A stretch of DNA of 64,000 nt from Macrostomum lignano (lineage: Eukaryota), in NCBI GenBank assembly GCA_002269645.1, contig NIVC01000051.1:124001-188000 (forward strand), read 5' to 3'. The first letter of the stretch is position 1, and every line of letters begins with the position of its first letter. The notes beneath the pieces are model-generated. The model saw nothing but the letters and a program-made list of their open reading frames with translations. It searched no databases and was not told the DNA's origin. Position numbers and translations under genes: made by a program. Positions 56,301 through 64,000 of this stretch are shown piece by piece.

Positions 56301-57282
56301 CCAGCCCGCCTGCTGCATCGGCGACGCGGCCTGGAACACTGAGCGCCGGAGCAGCAGCATGTACAGCGGGAAGGCGTGGAAATCGCCATCCACAGAGTCT
56401 TGCAGGTGGGTGGCGTACTGCGGCTCGTTGGGCGATGCAACTGGCGAGTTGTTGGAACTGCGGAAGCTCAACAGCAAGTCGACCACCTCGAACTGTGGGG
56501 CCGTAGGGGTGGATGGCGCTGGGGACTTCACTTATCCATCCATCCATCCATCCACCCATCCATCCACCCATACATCCATCCACCCATCCATCTATCCATC
56601 ATCCACCCATCTATCCATCCATCTATCCATCCATCCATCCATCCATCCATCCATCCATCCACCCATCCACCCATCCATCTATCCATCATCCACCCATCCA
56701 CCCATCCATCTATCCATCCATCCATCCATCCATCCATCCATCCATCCACCCATCCACCCATCCATCCATCCATCCATCCATCCATCCATCCATCCATCCA
56801 TCCATCCATCCATCCATCCATCCATCCACCCATCCATCCACCCACCTATCCACCCATCCATCCACCCATTCATCCATTCATCCACCCATCCATCCATCCA
56901 TCAATTCATCACTCATCAGACTAATCCATCAGCTAAGACTCACCGATTTAAAGTACATCGCCAACCCGAGAGCGCTGAGGTACAGGACGCACTTCCTGTG
57001 AAACATGGGCTCGCTGTCGCTGCAGTCAGTGTACACCGTGGGATCATCGAGCAGCTGAAAGTAGCCGCTCTGCAGGGTCGCCGGGTTCAGCTCGAGCTTG
57101 CGGCGAATCGCCTCCGAGTCTCTGCAGAGGATTCGCTTCAACAGCCAGCAGGTGATGGGGTGCCCGGTGGAGTGAAATGTCGGCACGCAGTAATAATAGC
57201 AGGTCTCCAAAGTGTACAGCGGGTCGAGAAATGCTGGCGGCTTGGGTACATCTTGTAGCCTGTTTGCTTTTGAGCCAGTCAT
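53397..57282 (-). CDS. Uncharacterised protein (~635 aa); exons 57282-56944, 56492-55715, 55529-55083, 53740-53397
   Basis: GC-rich ORF segments joined by phase-consistent GT-AG introns (1908 nt total), each larger intron holding a repeat; K-rich segments; no family recognised; exon-2 acceptor choice uncertain. Confidence 0.75.
54500..55040. repeat. 21-bp minisatellite (gacagggagaggggtgagact)
   Basis: Direct reading. Confidence 0.92.
56533..56900. repeat. (CCAT)n microsatellite
   Basis: Direct reading. Confidence 0.95.
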
Positions 57283-57569
57283 TGCTAGCGGGGTTCGCGA
57301 GCGGGTAATGAAGATGAAGCACTGTGTGAGATCGATTTCTTGCTAATATGTCTGACATGTAATTTAATAAGCCAATTTAGATACCTTGCATTTTACCATA
57401 GACATTTGGATTCAACTAGCAATCAGCGCCCCCCCCCTTGGGGAGCCAAAAATGCAGTACAAGTTTTTTTGATAAACTATATGTAGCGTCTCTTTGCAAT
57501 ATACCTCAGCAGTGCCTTGTAAGCCTTGACAGGTATTCTGTCCACAAGACTTAACATATCAACTTCCCC

Positions 57570-58280
57570 CTTGACATCTCAGCAATGCCCCCCATAAGCC
57601 GTGAAATCTTGAAAATCTTTCAACCTTCTAACTCTAACCCTAACCCTAGCCCTAACCATAAAGCATTGAAATTTCAGTAATTCTCTCCAAGAGTCATTAT
57701 AGCACTGCAGCATTATAGCGATTCCCTGCAAGCCTCGACATTGTAGCGATTCCCCAAATGAATCTCTTAACTTCGACATGAAGCTTCTTTTATTTTTACA
57801 TGACGCTTTTTCTATTAGCAACCCTCCGTGAGGAGCCAACAAATAATGTAATAAAAAGTTTTGAACAAACTACATGTAGCTTCTGACTTTAGCCTTGACA
57901 TCTCAGTTATTCCCCCCGTAAGCTTTGAAATCTCAGCAATGCTCCCCATAAACCTTGAAATCTGAAAAATCCCTTGTCAACCTTGAAACCACCTAACCCT
58001 AACCCTAAACCCAAACCTGACCTAAACCTAACCCTAACCCTAAAGCCTTGACATTTCAGCAATTCTTCCCAAGGCTTATCTCTATGAGCCTTGACAGCAA
58101 AGCATTTTTAATGAGCCTTGATACCTCAGCAATTTCCCAAATGAACCTTGAAATCAGAGCAATTCTCCTCAGAATGACATAATTACAGCAATTCCCCCTG
58201 AGCCTTGAGATCTTAGAAATTCTCCCATGAGTCTTGACATCACAGCAATTTCCCATACCAGCCTTGACATGTTAGCAATT
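57570..58280. repeat. Degenerate repeat (ccttgacatctcagcaat-type units) with two CCCTAA (telomere-like) clusters
   Basis: ccctaa runs at 57628-57657 and 57992-58043. Confidence 0.6.
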
Positions 58281-58344
58281 CTAAATGAGGCTTTAATGCT
58301 TTTATGAAGTTTTTATTAAAAAATACAATATTTCACCATAACTT

Positions 58345-58630
58345 AAGCAATGGTTTAGCAGCAGTTCAGCATTGGTTCACCAGCAGCTTAGCAATGGTTC
58401 ACCTGCAGCAGTTTAGCAATGGTTCACCAGGAGTTTAGCATTGGTTCACCAGCAGTTTAGCAATGGTTCACCAGCAGTTTAGCAATGGTTCACCAGCAGT
58501 TTAGCAATGGTTCACCAGGAGTTTAGCATTGGTTCACCAGCAGTTTAGCAATGGTTCACCAGCAGTTTAGCAATGGTTCACCAGCAGTTTAGCAATGGTT
58601 CACCAGCAGTTTAGCAATGGTTCACCAGGA
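58345..58630. repeat. 22-bp minisatellite (cagcagtttagcaatggttcac)
   Basis: Direct reading. Confidence 0.9.
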
Positions 58631-59544
58631 GTTTCGTACAATCAGTGAGCAGATGGCCACTACTCTCCATATGCTTCTCAATAATCGAAACCATTTGAAA
58701 TGTTTGCAACTTGCAATTTAAATTTGATTTGCAAACAATCCTCCGCTGCTTCCCGGATTTAGTAATAACTTCTGCAAATTAGCACTTGCATCAGAGTAGC
58801 ACTGCTCTAGAAGATGAACGCAGCCCCAGCAAAAGTATCTTTAAACTTAAATGTTGAAAATCTGCATGAATCTGCAAAGGAGACAATCAGGAGTGTCACA
58901 GGTCACAGAAATAAACTCGCTGCTTCAATGCAGGCTCGAACTGCCGACCTTCAATCTATGTCTGTTACTCCCGCCTACTGTGGCTATTGTGCCTATTGAC
59001 AGATGGTCGAAATAAGCCTTATATTATTCAAGAAGTTTAGTAACTTCAACAGTTACCCCCACAAGCTGAAATTATCTAATTTCTGAAATTCCTGAAATCA
59101 TCTAATCCCGCAAAACAGACTGCAGTCATCTCTTAGCAGTCTGTGTTTATCCTCTTTGCAGCCCATAACTTTCATTAACATAAAGCATTTATACCCTCAG
59201 CGGCCTAGAATTGTCCTCTCAGCAAACTGCGATAATTCACTTAGCAGTCCATAGTAATCCCCTCAACAACTTGCACTTAATCCTTTACAGTTATTATCCA
59301 CTTCAAAATTTTAGATATTTATCCCTTCGACAATCTGCAGTTCCCCCAGCAGTCTGCAGTCAATCCATTTGCAGTCTACAACTGTTCCCTTTACAATTCT
59401 CTTTCATCCTCTCAGCAGTCTGCAGTTCTCCTCTCGGCAAGCTCCTAACAAACAGATCTTAGGTAGATGGATGAGTACAATTTGTCTCTGAATAGCTCAT
59501 TTTCCGCAAACTATTGCAATCAATTGGTTCTGTATAATAGGATC

Positions 59545-60045
<501 letters not shown>

Positions 60046-60349
60046 ATCCATCCAAGACCCAATTACTAAGCGTATGTGGTTGGCGTCACAGCCTCGGAGT
60101 GTCTGGCAGTTTGTATCCGCTGTTAACAACGAATTGCTATGACAAACGAGCGCGACACACAACTGCGAAATTTCCTTCTTTTTGCTAATTTCGCAACAGA
60201 AGTGCACAATGTACATAAATATTAGTGCGTCACTGTCTGGAAGAGTAGCATTATTGGAAAAATTGTATTTTTTCTGCAGTAGCAGATTCTTTCACGTGCA
60301 AAGAATTTTGAGCCTATGTCCCTATGCATTATTTGGCGCGATTGAGTAG

Positions 60350-60630
60350 CCAAGAGGATTAGTGAGGATGTTTGAGTAGACACTAGGATTAGTGAAGATG
60401 TTTGAGTAGACACTAGGATTAGTGAAGATAATTGACTAGCCATGAGGATTAGTGAAGATGATTGAGTAGCCATGAGGATCAGTGAAGATGTTTGAGTATT
60501 CATGAGGATTAGTGAAACTGTGGTAGACAAGAGGATTAGTGAAGATGTTTGAGTAGCCGAGAGGATTAGTGAAGATGATTGAGTAGCCATGAGGATTAGT
60601 GAAGATGATTGAGTAGCCATGAGGATTAAT
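60350..60630. repeat. 30-bp minisatellite (gaggattagtgaagatgtttgagtagccat)
   Basis: Direct reading. Confidence 0.88.
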
Positions 60631-61044
60631 CAGGTAAAAACGATGCTTTTCATAATAATGATGCATGATAATATATGCCTTTTCCTTTTAATGATTGTTA
60701 TTCAACGACTCGTGCATTGTCTTGAGCTTTGAAAGCATAATTGCGGCCTGTCTCGCTTGGATATGAGGGCATTAATTACCTCGATAGAGAGGATATGGAA
60801 GACTCGTTATGTATTTGACAAAGAAGAAGCAACAAAACTTTCCTTGAAGTCAAAGCAGTCAGTCGAACAAATCAACGGAGAGCCCATATTGAGCTTAGAG
60901 TTATTCGCTCCGATGTTCTTGCTCTGTTGCAGAAGGAAACTGCAATCAAAGGTAAGTAATCACTGCCCAGTGCAGGTTGCGTTCTGATCTTACTCGTAGA
61001 TGACTTTTGTCAGGTGCTTGCGTTGCTGAGTTGCAGAAGTAAGA

Positions 61045-61545
61045 TGTAGGGAGAGATTAGCAAGTGAGATGTAGGGAGAGATTAGCAAGTGAGATGTAGG
61101 GAGAGATTAGCAAGTGAGATGTAGGGAGAGATTCGCAAGTGAGATGTAGGGAGAGATTAGCAAGTGAGATGTAGGGAGAGATTAGCAAGTGAGATGTAGG
61201 GAGAGATTAGCAAGTGAGATTCATGGGAGAGATTAGCAAGTGAGATTAGCAAGTGAGATGTAGGGAGAGATTAGCAAGTGAGATTAGCAAGTGAGATGTA
61301 GGGAGAGATTAGCAAGTGAGATTAGCAAGTGAGATTAGCAAGTGAGATTCATGGGAGAGATTAGCAAGTGAGATTAGCAAGTGAGATTAGCAAGTGAGAT
61401 TAGCAAGTGAGATTAGCAAGTGAGATTCATGGGAGAGATAAGCAAGTGAGATTCATGGGAGAGATAAGCAATTGAGATGCAGAGAGAGATTAGCAAGTGA
61501 GATGCAGAGAGAGATTAGCAAGAAAGATTAGCAAGTGAGATGCAG
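61045..61545. repeat. 25-bp minisatellite (gagattagcaagtgagatgtaggga) with 13-bp subunit expansions
   Basis: Direct reading. Confidence 0.9.
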
Positions 61546-62484
61546 TGAGGGCTGAACTGGGTGCAGGGACTGCTAGACAACAGAGATGTGCCACAATCCA
61601 TATGCAGAGCACAGTCCCCTGGTTAACAATTGCATGGTTACTGCAGCAGCAGAGAGCATGAGACGGGCCTGTCAGACTGCCTTAGCTTTGATTGGCTGCC
61701 CAAGTCTCTGCCATCCTCCTCTCTCTCTCTCTCTCTCTCGCTCCCAGACACATTAAAAGCACTCAGCAACTTCAAACGCAGACTCTGCTTTTTGACACCC
61801 TGTTTTGTCGACTCCAAAGTTGCATATTTTTTGCTTAATCTGCTTCCACGTAAGCTACATTGGTAAGTTCATCTGAGCCCACATTGCTATTGTCTGACGC
61901 AAATGAAAAAATTCTAAACAGAAAAGTTTTTCATTAGCAAAAAAATTGAAAAAACACCACACAGTATTCGTCTGTTGTCAAACTTGCTTTTTTCTGCTTC
62001 TGCAGAAGACAATAAAAAATCTGTTTTTTCACACAACTACTGAGCAGACCGCTAGTAAAAACAATGCTTTTCGCTATTTATAGTCACACTTTATTTCTGT
62101 CTGCAGTCCATTGTTCTACTGGATTGGGCATCCTTTCAATTTTTCATGCTCCGAGTAAACATGACCGCTGGGCTGGGCGGCTCCCGGGGGGGGGGGGTTT
62201 ATGACCGCCAGCGAGATCAAAATTAGCGCGGCTACTAAATCTTTATTCATTGTCGGCCCTGTCTGAATCAATATTGATCAGCCGATGTGGTCCGCTAAAA
62301 CCCTAGCTGATGATGAAAATGAAGCTCATGGTCTCAGAGGGGTTTGGTTCGTAATCAATTATTTAGTCATGACTAAACTGAACTGCTTCCATTATTGTCT
62401 AAAAAGATTTGCGACCTGCCTGCTATATATTTGGGATTTTAACCGACAACTGGACGTTGCAGAGAAATCGCCAATCGGACAAAA

Positions 62485-63218
<734 letters not shown>

Positions 63219-63829
63219 TGACGAGGCGTCAAGACAGCTGAGGTCGATGGAAACTTAACCGAAAAAAAAAATTTAAGCAGCGATAAGATTGTCTTTAAAA
63301 ACATTCTACTCTTCTTCTTTTCTCGGACAGAAACCGCTGAGAAGTGTCTGCAGTTCGATAGAATTAATAATACAATGTGAATTGTTCTAAGCAAACATTG
63401 CTGTCTGAGCACATCGCTTCAACTTCGAATTTGCGATTCCCAACTTATTGTTGATAAAATGGGGTCAGGTTTTGTTTTATCGTTAAAATATTAGCTGAAG
63501 ATCATGGTAATAGAAATAAATTTCTTGAAATCTGACTTAAGGAGCATCGCAGCAATATTTAGTCCCAATTGCGTTAGTGAATTACCTCATTTCTCCGTGT
63601 CCAATTTCTTTAAGTATAAAGACTGAGATAAGCCTTTTTAATATTGAATGAACGAGTTACCAGTTAGTTTGCTTTAATTAACAAGCTGCAGTTGAGTCCT
63701 GTACGCGGTTGCCATGTTGCTCCCAGGAATTTTGAGTTCACATCGCTCACATGTCACAAGACTGAAATATCGAAGGTTGATAGGTTGAAATATCAGATCT
63801 GTGACAACATTTGAGCTCACAAGGTTGAC

Positions 63830-64000
63830 TCACTGGGTGTTCCAGTGACTGGGTTCCAGTGACTGAGTTCCAATGAATGGGTTCCAATGACTGGATTCCA
63901 ATGACTGGGTTCCAGTGACTGAGTTCTAATGACTGGGTTCCAGTGACTGAGTTCCAATGAATGGGTTCCAGTGACTGGGTTCCAATGACTGGGTTCCAGT
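63830..64000. repeat. 14-bp minisatellite (tgactgggttccag), runs off window end
   Basis: Direct reading. Confidence 0.9.

Noticed and set aside
56056-57258. Overlapping HPSI/MDGW ORFs
   Set aside because: (CCAT)n microsatellite and antisense shadows of the real minus-strand gene
58814-58999. 61-aa ORF MNAAPAKVSLNL...
   Set aside because: Short, no motif or splice support
60757-60987. 76-aa ORF ending near a strong GTAAGT donor
   Set aside because: Splicing to 62463 is out of frame with the secreted-peptide ORF; better explained as a 5'UTR exon

Overview
Eukaryotic (animal) genomic DNA with GC-rich exons and introns almost all filled with private mini- or microsatellites. This style is consistent with a free-living flatworm such as Macrostomum (inference only). 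I could assemble nine spliced or single-exon genes by hand from GT/GC-AG sites and reading phase: UBE2U-like E2 (+, 5'-truncated), a GST (+), a secreted WIF-domain protein lacking EGF repeats and kinase (-), a GT31 beta-1,3-galactosyltransferase (-), OCIAD1/asrij (-), an NCKX/SLC24 exchanger (+, apparent 1-nt frameshift), an uncharacterised ~635-aa protein (-), a novel prohormone-like secreted peptide precursor (+), and a transposon gene. The most striking structure is a 7.3-kb Foldback/NOF-like (MULE) element at 27231-34517. It has a perfect 9-bp TSD, inverted arms built from a 183-bp tandem unit, and a spliced transposase-Ulp1 protease-PHD finger fusion gene. Other mobile DNA: a solo LTR inserted in a minisatellite, three hAT-type MITEs with 8-bp TSDs, a Merlin transposase fragment and TTAGGG-bearing repeat elements. 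There is also a ~3-kb CpG-free relic region. All calls are by eye without database searches; repeat boundaries are approximate.
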